DNA from: Methanothrix sp.
Lineage (GTDB): Archaea > Halobacteriota > Methanosarcinia > Methanotrichales > Methanotrichaceae
DNA length: 64,000 bases
Direction of reading: 5' to 3'
Assembly (NCBI GenBank): GCA_963682135.1
Contig: OY821645.1
Location: 2,496,001-2,560,000, forward strand
Positions 1 through 10,490 of the stretch are shown here, piece by piece; the stretch's first letter is position 1, and each line of letters opens with the position of its first letter. Both the position numbers and the translations under genes were made by a program. The notes below the pieces were generated by a model, which was not told the origin of the DNA, did not search any database, and saw only the letters and a list, made by a program, of their open reading frames with translations.

Positions 1-905
1 GCTGGAGAAGCCTATTTCTGATCAACGTTCCCCTGGGACTGATTCCACTGGCGCTGGGACTGTGGAAACTTAAAGGCGAGTGGGCCGGAGCCAGGGAAGA
101 CAGCTTTGATATGATCGGATCGGCAGTCTACAGCTTGATGCTCGTGGCCGTTATGTTCGGCTTCTCACTCCTTCCCGCGTGGGAAGGGGCAGCGTTGGTA
201 CTGGCGGGAATCGTGACCTTTTTCCTGTTCATCCGCTGGGAATCGGGTGTGTCCTGTCCTGTGCTGGATGTGAGACTCTTTAAAAAAAATCGCGTCTATG
301 CTTACTCCAATCTGGCGGCACTCATCAGCTACAGCGCCACCTTTGCCATAACCTTTCTGCTCAGCCTCTATCTGCAGTATATCAAGGGGCTCGCCCCCGA
401 TCAGGCCGGGCTGATCATGCTGGCCCAGCCGGCGGTGATGGCCATATTCTCACCTTTTACGGGAAAGCTCTCCGACAGAATGGAGCCACGCCTCGTGGCT
501 ACCGCAGGAATGGCACTCACATTTGTGGCCGTCTTAGCATTCGTGTCTTTAAACGGGGAGACAAGCATCTTTTTCATCGTAGGCTGTCTCATCACTCTGG
601 GATTTGGGCTGGCATTATTCACCTCGCCCAACACCAACGCCATCATGTCTTCCGTAGAGCCGCGCCACTACGGCGTAGGGTCCGCCACTCTGGGAACCAT
701 GCGTCTGGTGGGGCAGGTGGCCAGCATGAGCTTTGTCATGATGGTCTTCTCGCTGTATCTGGGGAAGGTGGAGATCACGCCCCTGTACTATCCGCAGTTT
801 CTTTCAAGCGTCAGGGTGGCCTTTGCCGTCTTCTCTGCTCTGTGCATCCTGGGCATTTTTGCCTCTCTGGCCAGGGGCAAATTGAGAAAAGGAGAACAGG
901 GATGA
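1..905 (+). CDS. MFS transporter (EmrB/QacA-like), 5' part outside the window
   Basis: Multiple TM helices, motif 'GKLSDRMEPR', 'FTSPNTNAIM'; the frame is open from the window edge. Confidence 0.9.
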   Translation, partial: WRSLFLINVPLGLIPLALGLWKLKGEWAGAREDSFDMIGSAVYSLMLVAVMFGFSLLPAWEGAALVLAGIVTFFLFIRWESGVSCPVLDVRLFKKNRVYAYSNLAALISYSATFAITFLLSLYLQYIKGLAPDQAGLIMLAQPAVMAIFSPFTGKLSDRMEPRLVATAGMALTFVAVLAFVSLNGETSIFFIVGCLITLGFGLALFTSPNTNAIMSSVEPRHYGVGSATLGTMRLVGQVASMSFVMMVFSLYLGKVEITPLYYPQFLSSVRVAFAVFSALCILGIFASLARGKLRKGEQG

Positions 906-1243
906 TGAGAAAATAGGCGAGTGTCAAATGCAATAGTAATGTACGAAAGCGGCGAAAGCAGTGGCGGAGCACCCATCACAGGAATGTCTCTCAAGCCAAT
1001 TATTTTAATAATCTAAGATTAATGGTAATAGATAAAAATGGAAAGATTTCGCTAGAGGAATGGAATCCAAATGCGATTTAAACTATGACTTTACACGATC
1101 CATGCCCAGCCGAGAAGTTAATATAAACGATCCTGATCCCAATAAACCCTGAGACAAAACCCGCTCGGCGTACCGTGGCTCACGGTAATGACAAATACAA
1201 CAGGCACGCTGGTCCGGGGTGTAAGCCATCAACAGGAGAAGAC

Positions 1244-1588
1244 ATGACACAAACACCAAATCGCCGGATCGAAGAGCTATTATGTATGTCGGAGGAGCAG
1301 CTTTTCGCCGAATTGGGAAAGGCTGCGTTCGCTGATGAGTTTCTAGACTTTGGCCAACAGGTATCACGCGGAAAGATGTGGTTTAAACAGCAACATCAGA
1401 GAGTTTACAACACATTATGCATAGATTGGCAGCTCTGTAGGCGGATTGATGAGCCAAAACTAACTGATCAAACAGTGCTTGTTTCCACGTTGGCGGATGT
1501 TTTGGGTGAGCACTATGTGGGTATTCCGCTTTTTGCGATAAGTACCCTCATAGTAAAACTTGGTGCTCGAGAGTTTTGTCATTGCTAA
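1244..1588 (+). CDS. Hypothetical 114-aa protein ending in FCHC
   Basis: ORF 1175..1588; ATG at 1244 is preceded by GGAG at 1235. Confidence 0.7.
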   Translation: MTQTPNRRIEELLCMSEEQLFAELGKAAFADEFLDFGQQVSRGKMWFKQQHQRVYNTLCIDWQLCRRIDEPKLTDQTVLVSTLADVLGEHYVGIPLFAISTLIVKLGAREFCHC

Positions 1589-1638
1589 ATATCCTAACCT
1601 CGGAGGAAAGTCAATGTCAGAATTCTGCGACTATGCTG

Positions 1639-2897
1639 CTAGTGTTTAGCTTCCAAAATAACATAGCAATATATTAATACTTGGAACTCAATCAGAGATC
1701 ATGCCATTTGTGAGTAAGCGGCCTGCTCTGCAATTAACTGAAGAAGAGCTTGAGTGCCTTAATAAAGCTAGCAAGTCAAGAACGCTCCCTGAAAGAGCAG
1801 TAGATCATTCCAAAATCCTTCTTGAGTATTATGAGGGCAAATCAATTTCGCAAATTGCACGAGACTTAGAAACCAATCGGCCTAAAATTGAGCGTACGAT
1901 TGACAAAGCCTTCGCCTATGGAATATATGCAGCATTGGAAGATCTTCCAAGAAGTGGCAGACCACGAAAAATATCCTCAGGCGCAAGAACATGGATTCGT
2001 CTCTTGCTTGCTCAAAACCACTAGACCTTGGATATTCATATGAATTATGGACACAAAGTTTATTAGCAGAACATATTCGGAACCATTGTTTAAATAATGG
2101 GTTTCCAGAATTATCAAAGTTATCTCGCGGAACCGTCTCAAAAATACTTGGCGCTAGCAACGTAAAGCCTCATAAAATTTCATCATACCTTGCTCCAATC
2201 GATCCGGAATTTGAGCCGAAGAGCGTGGTTGTACTACATACCTACAAGCAGGTAGAATTGCTTCAACAGATGTCCAAAGAAAATAAGCCGCTCGACATGG
2301 TTATCATTTCATACGATGAGAAGCCAGGAATTCAAGCTATTGAAAATAAATATCCCGATTTAATGCCTGAGTCAGGTGAATATGCCACGCTTTCTCGCGA
2401 CTATGAATATATAAGGCACGGAACAATATCCCTACTTGCAGGGATTGATCTCTTAACCGGGACTGTCCATTATAAGATATTCGACAGGCATAGAAGTAGG
2501 GAGTTCATTGAATTCTTAAAATGCGTCGATTCAGCCTATCTGAAAGATATAAAAATAATTATTATTCTTGATAATGTTCGCGTACACACATCTAAGGAAA
2601 CCAGGAGATATCTCAAAACAGTTCCGCAACGCTTTCATTTTGTCTTTACACCAAAACATGCCTCATGGCTAAACATAATCGAGAGCCTATTCAGCAAAAT
2701 GACTCGAAGCATGCTGAGAGGGATTCGTGTATCATCCAAAAAAGAGTTGAAAGATCGCATGAGTCAATATATAGACGACATGAATGAAACTCCAACAATA
2801 TTTAAATGGAAGTACAAAATGGATAAAATGGCTGGCGGGATTGTTGCTGACAAGGACGGCGGAGTATTGATATGTTAATTTAGAACTGTAATACTAG
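1639..2897 (+). mobile_element. IS630-family insertion sequence
   Basis: CTAG at both ends (1639-1642, 2894-2897); imperfect terminal inverted repeats ctagtgtttagcttccaaaataacatag vs revcomp ctagtattacagttctaaattaacatat; transposase inside. Confidence 0.93.
1701..2878 (+). CDS. IS630 transposase split in two frames (1701..2024 HTH; 1991..2878 DDE)
   Basis: 'LEDLPRSGRPRKI' HTH linker; DDE motifs 'SYDEKPGIQA', 'ILDNVRVH', 'SWLNIIE'. Confidence 0.92.
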
Positions 2898-4324
2898 TAA
2901 TAGATACGCTGCCCCAGTAACAAGTGTTTTTCTTAACCTCACTTTAGATCAGTTCGAACAGGCTCTCAATGCAAATGAAGGAGAAGATACGCGTAAAGTT
3001 TGGCATGAGATTGCTCACTTCTGGCTCTTATCTGGTACTAGTTTTGGATACCTATCGCAAGTTAACCATCAGTGGATACAGATGGCACGAGTAATCGCAA
3101 TGCTTCGCTTTTTTAAGGATGGAAGAATTAAATTACCCATTATGGACACTGAGCCTGAATTTAACGGTGGTTCGTTCAAAAAGGCAAAAAAGTATATCAC
3201 CATAGCCGATCAGTTGGCTGGAGCAAACCCAGTGCTGTCAGAAGAGACTTCTGCCGATAATTTCCAACTATTAAATGGATATTCTCCTGGACAATCCCCA
3301 TTACTAAAACTCGCTGTCGACGCTCCTGGATGCGAATTGCATGCGACACTAGGCATAAGGGCACTAGTAGAGGGTTTCGCTGAGGCGGCAACTAGGTTTT
3401 TGCTTAATGGAGACGAAAGAATAAAAAGACAAGAGCGTTTAGATCCTCCGCGACAGGATAATGGATTTACCAGTGTGGATTATATACTTGCCGAGGAGTA
3501 CTTTTTTTTTGAGTTGGGGGATATTATTTCGCCCGATCTCCGTACGATCGTGTTTCTAGAGTTGGTACGGCTCGCGTTAATGATTCAATCGTCAGATCTG
3601 ACCGAGGTTTGTAACAATCCAGGTTATCGCTTTCTTATCCTGCTGACTGCCGCCAAGACAATCGAAGGTCCTAAATCCATTGGGCAAGAATTGAGGCATT
3701 ATTTGGATCGTATATGTAAACAAGCTAATCTGTTATCCGCAAAGGATTGTCAAGAATACTGGCGTGATGTGGCTTCAAAGGATAATTTACGATTCGCAAG
3801 ATTCAAATTCATGGGATTCTCGGGAGAACGCGTTGTCAATGCATTCCATGAGTTGATGGAACCAGAACTAAGGGATTCTTGGACTTCATTCCAATTCTTA
3901 AAAGAAGGTAGACATGCTCTTTTTCGAAGAGTTCCTCCAAGGCTTGTGCATTTAAAGGATACCCTTTGGCATCCAGACATGGAACCTGAAATGGGCGCCT
4001 ACAATCCATATCCAGATCATACAGCGTTCTTGTTTTACTCAATTTGCGAGCAGCTCGGACAGCAGAAATTTGTTGAATGCCCTTACAAACGTTCACAGTC
4101 ATCGTATCTTTGTGGCTGTGATTTCGAAAAAATTGCCAACGAACGCTCTATTCAATGCTCTATTCCAACCAAGATAACGGTAGATAACGTAAAGTGCTCC
4201 TTTTTAAAGACATGGTCTCAATTGGATTTCTCCAAGAATACTAAAATACCATTTGATTTCTGATTTTCATTGTGATAGGAAAACTCAAATCTTGACATCC
4301 ATTATAGGGTATTCCGGGTACAGA

Positions 4325-4344
4325 GGAAGGACAAACGTCCTTCC
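4325..4344. terminator. Perfect 8-bp hairpin downstream of the peptidase gene
   Basis: ggaaggac-aaac-gtccttcc, with a T-rich tract shortly downstream. Confidence 0.4.
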
Positions 4345-4481
4345 ACTTGACCTTTCTTTTTCTATTGATTTCTTTGTCCAGTTTTGAGGCACCAAGTGCA
4401 ATTTCTGCTTAGTTCCTTATATACCACCATACAAACTCTAATCTGTATATGAACTGATGGTACAATGCTATCGGTCATAAT

Positions 4482-4754
4482 TTGGAGCACCGTTTAGTCC
4501 CAGAGGGTAGGTATAAAGCCCTGGCAGAGGCCGAGGCCCTCAAGCTGCGGGCCCGGCTGGAGGACCTGACCGTGTGGGAGATGAAGAAGGTCAAGCAGAG
4601 CCGTAAGGGCTCCAGGACCTACAGCTACTGGATGGCCTCCTGGCGCGAGGGCGGCAAGATGCGCAACGTGCACCTGGGGGGCAGCAGGAAGATGGATGCC
4701 GAGGCTGCCAGGCAGAAGGCCAGGGCGATGAAGGCGGAGGCGCTGGGGATATAG
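4482..4754 (+). CDS. Small basic putative DNA-binding protein (YWxxxWREGGK..VHLG type, often mobile-element associated)
   Basis: GC-rich codon usage; 'TYSYWMASWREGGKMRNVHLG'; start uncertain, possibly 5'-truncated. Confidence 0.65.
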   Translation: MEHRLVPEGRYKALAEAEALKLRARLEDLTVWEMKKVKQSRKGSRTYSYWMASWREGGKMRNVHLGGSRKMDAEAARQKARAMKAEALGI

Positions 4755-4776
4755 GCGTCGTGGTTGAGCGTATATT

Positions 4777-5244
4777 GTGATAAGAATGGAAAACATGGCG
4801 GGTAAAATAAGCAAAAGATATCAAACTCAATGGGCTGCTCAATTCTTCGTTGCTGCCGAGCTAACACGTCGAGGATACCAGGTGGCTCTAACATTAGGCA
4901 ATGCAGTATTCACAGATCTTATGGTTGAAAGCCCTAGCGGTCGCCATTTCGACGTGGATGTAAAAGGCCAGTCCACCAAAGGCTATTGGTTGATCAAGCA
5001 GCAAATGCCCGATGATAATAGGTACTATATTCTTGTCTACATCCCCCGAGACTCAACAGAAGCTCCACAATACTTCATTATCTCTTCATCAGGGATAGAC
5101 AAACTCATAATTCAAGAGATACATGATTCCCATAAAAGACTTGAAGAAAAAGGAAAAATATGGGATCCCAAAGACAATAGGTTCTCAGGAATCAAGTGGA
5201 TTAAAGCGCTTGAATACAAGGATTGGGAAATACTTCCAAAATAG
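4777..5244 (+). CDS. PD-(D/E)XK nuclease superfamily protein
   Basis: 'FFVAAELTRRGY..LTLGNA..TDL...DVDVKG' catalytic pattern; AT-rich. Confidence 0.75.
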   Translation: MIRMENMAGKISKRYQTQWAAQFFVAAELTRRGYQVALTLGNAVFTDLMVESPSGRHFDVDVKGQSTKGYWLIKQQMPDDNRYYILVYIPRDSTEAPQYFIISSSGIDKLIIQEIHDSHKRLEEKGKIWDPKDNRFSGIKWIKALEYKDWEILPK

Positions 5245-5344
5245 CCAAAGATCGATTATTGGTGATGATCTCCAAAGTGATGGATCTGAAAAGCACTCCT
5301 GCTGAAATTATGTAGGCTTGTCCTCGCATCTCCAGGGCCACCTC

Positions 5345-5780
5345 ATGAGTATGCCTCCAGCGTTCTTTGGGCTCCTGCCGTCTTGGCCTCCCTTTGCGCG
5401 GCCTGCTCACTGTAGATGCAGAACACCAGGGTTAGCCATCTCCGTCATCTTCTGCAGGTGTGGGTCCAGTGCCGGCGCGTAGAGCAGGATAGTGGCCTCC
5501 CTGGAGGTCTGCTTCAGGGCCGGGGGCCCTGGTACTCGACCATCTCGCCGGCATCCTCGTAGAGAATGGGATCGTGCTCCACGATCTGGAAGCTGTGGTG
5601 GTTCTCCTCCAGGATGGTCATGAGCTGAAAGGAGGTAAAGGCGCGGCGCACCTCAAGCTCAGTGAAGTTGCGGTTCAGCCGATTGAGGATGCGGGAGTAG
5701 TTGCCGCTGATGAAGAGGATCTTGTAGCGCTGCAATTCCAGGTGGCTGCTCTGGGCTACGGCGAGCACCTCCACGGGGGC
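5345..5780 (-). pseudogene. Frameshifted, 5'-truncated gene for a P-loop-less RecA/RadA-like protein
   Basis: 'LQRYKILFISGNYSRIL...VRRAFTSFQLMTILEE'; continues in another frame as 'KQTSREATILLYAPALDPHLQKM'; ends approximate. Confidence 0.6.
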
Positions 5781-5931
5781 GATGAGGCGGCTGTTGGTCT
5801 CAGGTGGAGGTATACGGCGGGGAGGAGTTCGATTTCCGGGGGAGAATGTCAAGGAAAACTATGTGAATAATCCATGATGATATTGTGATAAAAAGAGCCA
5901 GCTCATCGCTGGCGTTTTGAAATGGCGGTCA

Positions 5932-7626
5932 CTATTTGATATCCGTGGCCTGATAGACCTGCCTTCCGCCGACATAAGTCGCCAGAACCTTCGGATTGTC
6001 ATTGGAAAATTTATCCAATGGCACAGAGTAAAGATCCTGGTCATACACAACTATATCCGCTTTATAGCCAGGATATAGGACGCCTGTATCGTTTCTCGAC
6101 GTGGTAGCCGTACTGCCGATAGTGAAGCCGTGAACAATCTCTTTAACACTAAGAGGCAAGTGCTTTTTCGGATCTCCTCCACCAGTTACTGCAACGCCGA
6201 TCACCATCGTAGCAGGAGAATATTCTGGTGGAGAAGTGCTAAAATCGGTGCTGATTCCAACGGGGATTTCGCTGTCGATAAGCTTTTTGATGGGAAACGC
6301 TAGGGCACTTTTTTTTCCATAATAATAGGCAGTATCGTCTTCCACAGACCAAAAAGCCGGCTGGACCGTCATAGCGATATGGCCTTTGAATTTTTTGATC
6401 TTTTCGATCAACTCATCGTTCGAGAATCCCATATGTATCAGGGTGTGAACTCCGGTGAGCTTTCCTTTTTTGGCTACCACTTTATCGAGTGCATCAAGTA
6501 CTGCATCGATGGCTAGATCTCCCTGCACATGATAGTGCATGTTCATCCCGTACTCTTCAACCTTTTCGACTATGCGCGTGAGGTTTTTCTCTGGTCCGCC
6601 TGTATCATTGGTATAAATTTCCTGGAGACCGTGATTGCCTTGAAGATTTTGCCAACTGGTCCAGGCTTGGCCTCCCCCAAAAGCTCCGTCCACAAAAATT
6701 TTGCATCCCAGAAATCGCACCATGTCGGTATCATTGCCGCGGCATTTCGCAGCATCGTCCACATCGCCCAAGTTAAATATAGTATAACAGTAATTGATGC
6801 GCAACGGCAGGATCCCTTCTTTTTCCATCTCGTAAAAAAGCTCAGGTCTCATAAACCGCACACCAGGTACACCCATCAGGTCCACTGCTCCTGTGTAACC
6901 AAAAGATGCCCAGCGTTTTAGCATAAAAAGCGTACCGGCCTTTATATATCCATCTTCGAATCTGGCGAACATTTTATTTCCCGGCAGCGTCATGGCGGAT
7001 TCCCGTAGCATGCCCGTAAGCTTGCCACCTTCCATACCCATCTTTCCACCAATAGGCACTCCACTAGCAGGAGTAAGGCCCGTCAGGTTCATCGCGGCAG
7101 TATTTATAATAGTATTATGCCCAAGTTTATCACCTAAGAATGCAGGTCGGTTGCCGGTCACTTTATCTATTTTAGCGAGATCTTCAAGCGACCAATTATC
7201 GTAATCTCGAAGCGAGAAGCCAGCTCCAAGGATCTGTCCGTTTTCCGGGATGGATTTAACTTTTTCCGCCAAGACACTTGCTATGGAATCTGTATTGTTA
7301 CAGCCAATCAGGCTCGCTCCGACATAGAAGAAGTACCCTGCCTCCATCAGGTGTACGTGGCTATCGATAAAACCGGGATACGCAGCAGACCCATTTAGAT
7401 CAATAACTGTGGCATTATTATATTGCATAGTGCTGACATTTGATGCCTTAACCACCCCGTCTAATACCAAGAGGTTATCAACTTTTCGTTCTTCATCAAT
7501 GTAAATCGATCCATTAGTAAAAAGCTGAACATTGTCTTGTGTCATCGCATTTCCGAGAAAAGGCCACAAGAAAAGCGCGACCAAGACAAGACAAAAACAG
7601 CTATCGAGTTTCTTCATATTTTGCAT
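5932..7626 (-). CDS. Secreted amidohydrolase_3 (YtcJ-like) metal-dependent hydrolase
   Basis: Signal peptide; 'PGFIDSHVH', 'KIFVDG', 'HYHVQGD', 'ISTDF', 'GYKADIVV'. Confidence 0.9.
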   Translation of the reverse strand: MQNMKKLDSCFCLVLVALFLWPFLGNAMTQDNVQLFTNGSIYIDEERKVDNLLVLDGVVKASNVSTMQYNNATVIDLNGSAAYPGFIDSHVHLMEAGYFFYVGASLIGCNNTDSIASVLAEKVKSIPENGQILGAGFSLRDYDNWSLEDLAKIDKVTGNRPAFLGDKLGHNTIINTAAMNLTGLTPASGVPIGGKMGMEGGKLTGMLRESAMTLPGNKMFARFEDGYIKAGTLFMLKRWASFGYTGAVDLMGVPGVRFMRPELFYEMEKEGILPLRINYCYTIFNLGDVDDAAKCRGNDTDMVRFLGCKIFVDGAFGGGQAWTSWQNLQGNHGLQEIYTNDTGGPEKNLTRIVEKVEEYGMNMHYHVQGDLAIDAVLDALDKVVAKKGKLTGVHTLIHMGFSNDELIEKIKKFKGHIAMTVQPAFWSVEDDTAYYYGKKSALAFPIKKLIDSEIPVGISTDFSTSPPEYSPATMVIGVAVTGGGDPKKHLPLSVKEIVHGFTIGSTATTSRNDTGVLYPGYKADIVVYDQDLYSVPLDKFSNDNPKVLATYVGGRQVYQATDIK

Positions 7627-7917
7627 TGGTTCCCTCCCAGCTTACATTCTATATTTGCATTAAATGTATTTTAGCTTTTGCAGAACAATCTGTGCGGAAA
7701 GCCTCCACTCTTAAGACTTCTATCTAAAATTGTCCCGATTGCACCGGAGTACTAGCACGGATATGCGGCCTATTTTTCAGCCTACAAACAGAACGTTTAT
7801 AGCATGTAAACATAATGCTATGCATGCTTGTAGAGCTGTTCAAGACCAAGGAACGAGCCAAGGTTCTGCGCTGAATGAGATCGAGCCAGCCAAAGAGACT
7901 AACGAGGTACGCAGGAT

Positions 7918-10095
7918 GTGACGGTGATATCCATGAACATCTCTCAGGGAGTATATTCTATGGGAAATCGAGGTGCATTTGAGAATCGAAGCGTGATTAT
8001 GGGTGCAAAGTATATCGTGCTCATGCTGCTAATCATCTTATCATCATTGCTCGGAGCCACAGCTAGCGCCTCCAACGCAAGATCGAACGAGGTATTAGAT
8101 GCCAACGCATCAGAAAGCCTCCACGATTTCAAGATAGAGCAGGAATGGCTGACGATGCATGACGGCGTTCGTTTGTCTGTCACTTACTACCTTCCAATCC
8201 CAAGATCGCCATCTGAGACGTTCCCTGTGATCCTTGAAATGAATCCCTACAGAAAAGACGACCAGTCCTACATCGGTGATTACGATTATTATACCTTCTT
8301 TGCCAGGCATGGATTTGCCGGGGCAAGGGTCGATATCCGCGGCACTGGTTCATCGGAAAGCGTCACCATTTCTCACGAGTACTCTCCAATCGAGCTTTCA
8401 GACTGTGAAGAAGTCATCGCACAGATTGCCCGCCTTCCCTGGTGCAACGGCAACGTTGGAATGCTCGGCATCTCCTGGAGCGCCAACAACGCCATCATGA
8501 TGGCGCGAAGAGGGCCCCCTGCCCTAAAAGCCATCATCGTAGCTCACATGTGTGACGATCTATTCCACGACCATGCCCAGTACATCGACGGGATCAAGCA
8601 GGTGAACGAGTGGGAGGCCTACATGGAGGGCGACAACATCGCACCTCGCTCTCCTGAGTACAGGCTGGACGAGGATTATTTCCGGGATCGCTTTTTGGCA
8701 TATCCATGGTTCCTGACAAACCTCAAGCATCAGCACGAGGACTCCTTCTGGATGAACGAGTCGGTGCGCTATCACTACGAGAACCTGACCATTCCAATCT
8801 TCATTCTAGGTGGACTTCTGGACGGCTATCGAGATTCAGTCAAACGGTTGCTGGAGGGTTCTCCTGGAGTTGTGCGGGCGGAGATTGGGCCCTACAACCA
8901 TGCATTTCCTGACTACGGAGTGCCTGGCCCTAATTACGAGTGGCGCTATGATGCCCTGCGATGGTACGACCGCTGGCTGAATGGAGCTCAAAATGGCATA
9001 GAGGATGAGCCGCGATTCAAGGTCTTCGTACGCGCCGGGCATCCGCCTGATCCGATGATGAACACCACACCAGGAAAGTGGCGCTACGAGGACTGGCCCA
9101 TCAATAGGACCAGATGGACAGCATTTTATCCTTCTGCGGAAGGCCTGCTCTCTTTTCAGAAGGGAGAGCCTACCACCCACGATCTGCCATATCAGGCAGG
9201 GTCCGGGATTGAGGCATCAGGGCTTCGGTTCTGGTGGGGGGAGCCCTCTCAAGATGTCGCTGCCTCAGATGAAGGAGCCCTGGTGTATGACTCCCCTGAG
9301 ATGAATAGGTCTTTGGAGATCATTGGCTACCCTGAGGTCGCGCTCTGCACAGCGGCGGACGCGCCGCTTGCCAACTGGATAGTGCGACTTGAAGATGTGC
9401 AGCCGGACGGGAAAGTGACTCTTATAACTGGAGCCGGGCTGAGCGGAGCGCAGCGCAACTCCTCTGCAAATCCTGATGCACTTGTACCGGGGACATTCTA
9501 CAATCTCTCATTCAAGCTTCATTTCACCACCTGGACCTTCCAGCCCGGACATAAGATCCGCCTGGCGATCACCAACGCCCAGTTTCCTGCATTCTGGCCG
9601 ACTCCCTATCCAATGACAATGATGCTCAAATTGGGTGTCAATGAGACCCGCCTCGTTCTGCCGGTCATCCCCTACGAGAAGCGGCCAGTTCCTGTGTACC
9701 AGCCGCCAGAGGCCCCGAAAAATGCCCCTGATGCGAAGTCGCTTCCTGGTGGAGGGGACCCGATCTACACCCTCGTCTCCCACAATCAGGAGACAGGAAT
9801 CGTCTCAGTGGAGCAGAAGTCTGAGCACTACTTCACCGTTTTGGATCGCTCCTATTACCGGATGGACTGGCGATACTATGAGACAAATGAGGCAGATCCC
9901 GCGAATTCTCGATTTCTGGGAATCTCAGAGGGGAAAGTCACAATGAAGGAGAGATCTGTGTTGCATCGAACGAAAATTGACATGCATTCTTCAGTCAGTG
10001 ACTTCCATGTGATCATTTTGCGAAGGATCTACGAAAACGATCATCTCATGCGGGAAAAAGTCTTCGATGAGGTGATACCAAGGGACTTCCAGTGA
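7918..10095 (+). CDS. Secreted CocE/NonD family hydrolase (peptidase S15-like)
   Basis: 'MHDGVRL', 'DIRGTGSS', nucleophile motif 'GISWSA', 'GPYNH', C-terminal PepX_C-like domain; the true start may be further downstream. Confidence 0.9.
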   Translation: MTVISMNISQGVYSMGNRGAFENRSVIMGAKYIVLMLLIILSSLLGATASASNARSNEVLDANASESLHDFKIEQEWLTMHDGVRLSVTYYLPIPRSPSETFPVILEMNPYRKDDQSYIGDYDYYTFFARHGFAGARVDIRGTGSSESVTISHEYSPIELSDCEEVIAQIARLPWCNGNVGMLGISWSANNAIMMARRGPPALKAIIVAHMCDDLFHDHAQYIDGIKQVNEWEAYMEGDNIAPRSPEYRLDEDYFRDRFLAYPWFLTNLKHQHEDSFWMNESVRYHYENLTIPIFILGGLLDGYRDSVKRLLEGSPGVVRAEIGPYNHAFPDYGVPGPNYEWRYDALRWYDRWLNGAQNGIEDEPRFKVFVRAGHPPDPMMNTTPGKWRYEDWPINRTRWTAFYPSAEGLLSFQKGEPTTHDLPYQAGSGIEASGLRFWWGEPSQDVAASDEGALVYDSPEMNRSLEIIGYPEVALCTAADAPLANWIVRLEDVQPDGKVTLITGAGLSGAQRNSSANPDALVPGTFYNLSFKLHFTTWTFQPGHKIRLAITNAQFPAFWPTPYPMTMMLKLGVNETRLVLPVIPYEKRPVPVYQPPEAPKNAPDAKSLPGGGDPIYTLVSHNQETGIVSVEQKSEHYFTVLDRSYYRMDWRYYETNEADPANSRFLGISEGKVTMKERSVLHRTKIDMHSSVSDFHVIILRRIYENDHLMREKVFDEVIPRDFQ

Positions 10096-10129
10096 AGCAC
10101 AAGTGGTCCTGCATGCATCCGGTGGCCCT

Positions 10130-10490
10130 CATAGAGCCGGGGCGCCATCTTCGGGCCAGGAGGAGGGCAGCTTTGCGGGCTATCTACTATCTGCGCCGCT
10201 TCCAACGAGTGCGATCCCCTGGACCCGCAGACCGTCTACGGCCTCGCCTTCGCCTATATGGAGCTGGGCGACATGGAGCTGGCCCAGAAGCACTTTAGAC
10301 TGGTGCTGGAAATGCAGGCACCCGAGGAGCTGCGCGCTCTGGCCAGGAACGGGCTCTCGAAGATTGCGGCCCGCGAACTCAAGGCCCGTGGACCACGCAT
10401 GGACGCCGTCTTCTATCCGGCTGGGCCATGCGGCTGTTTCGCGGCAAGTCGCAGGAGGAGATCCGGGAGATCACCTTCGAGATCGGCACT
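10130..10490 (+). pseudogene. Fragmented TPR-repeat protein gene
   Basis: Three frames join as 'RAIYYLRR / DPLDPQTVYGLAFAYMELGDMELAQKHF...RMDAVFY / MRLFRGKSQEEIREITFEIG'; ends approximate. Confidence 0.65.

Larger units (their letters stand above)
1614..4263 (+). pseudogene. HExxH zinc metallopeptidase-like gene (464 aa reconstructed) interrupted by IS630
   Basis: GGAGG + ATG 1614; joining 1614-1642 to 2898 gives MSEFCDYAASNRYAAP...KVWHEIAHFW...QMARV, in frame with ORF 3082..4263; downstream 'LVEGFAE'. Confidence 0.85.

Noticed and set aside
1022-1081. 19-aa ORF MVIDKNGKISLEEWNPNAI with an EF-hand-like look
   Set aside because: Too short and no clear RBS; at best a remnant
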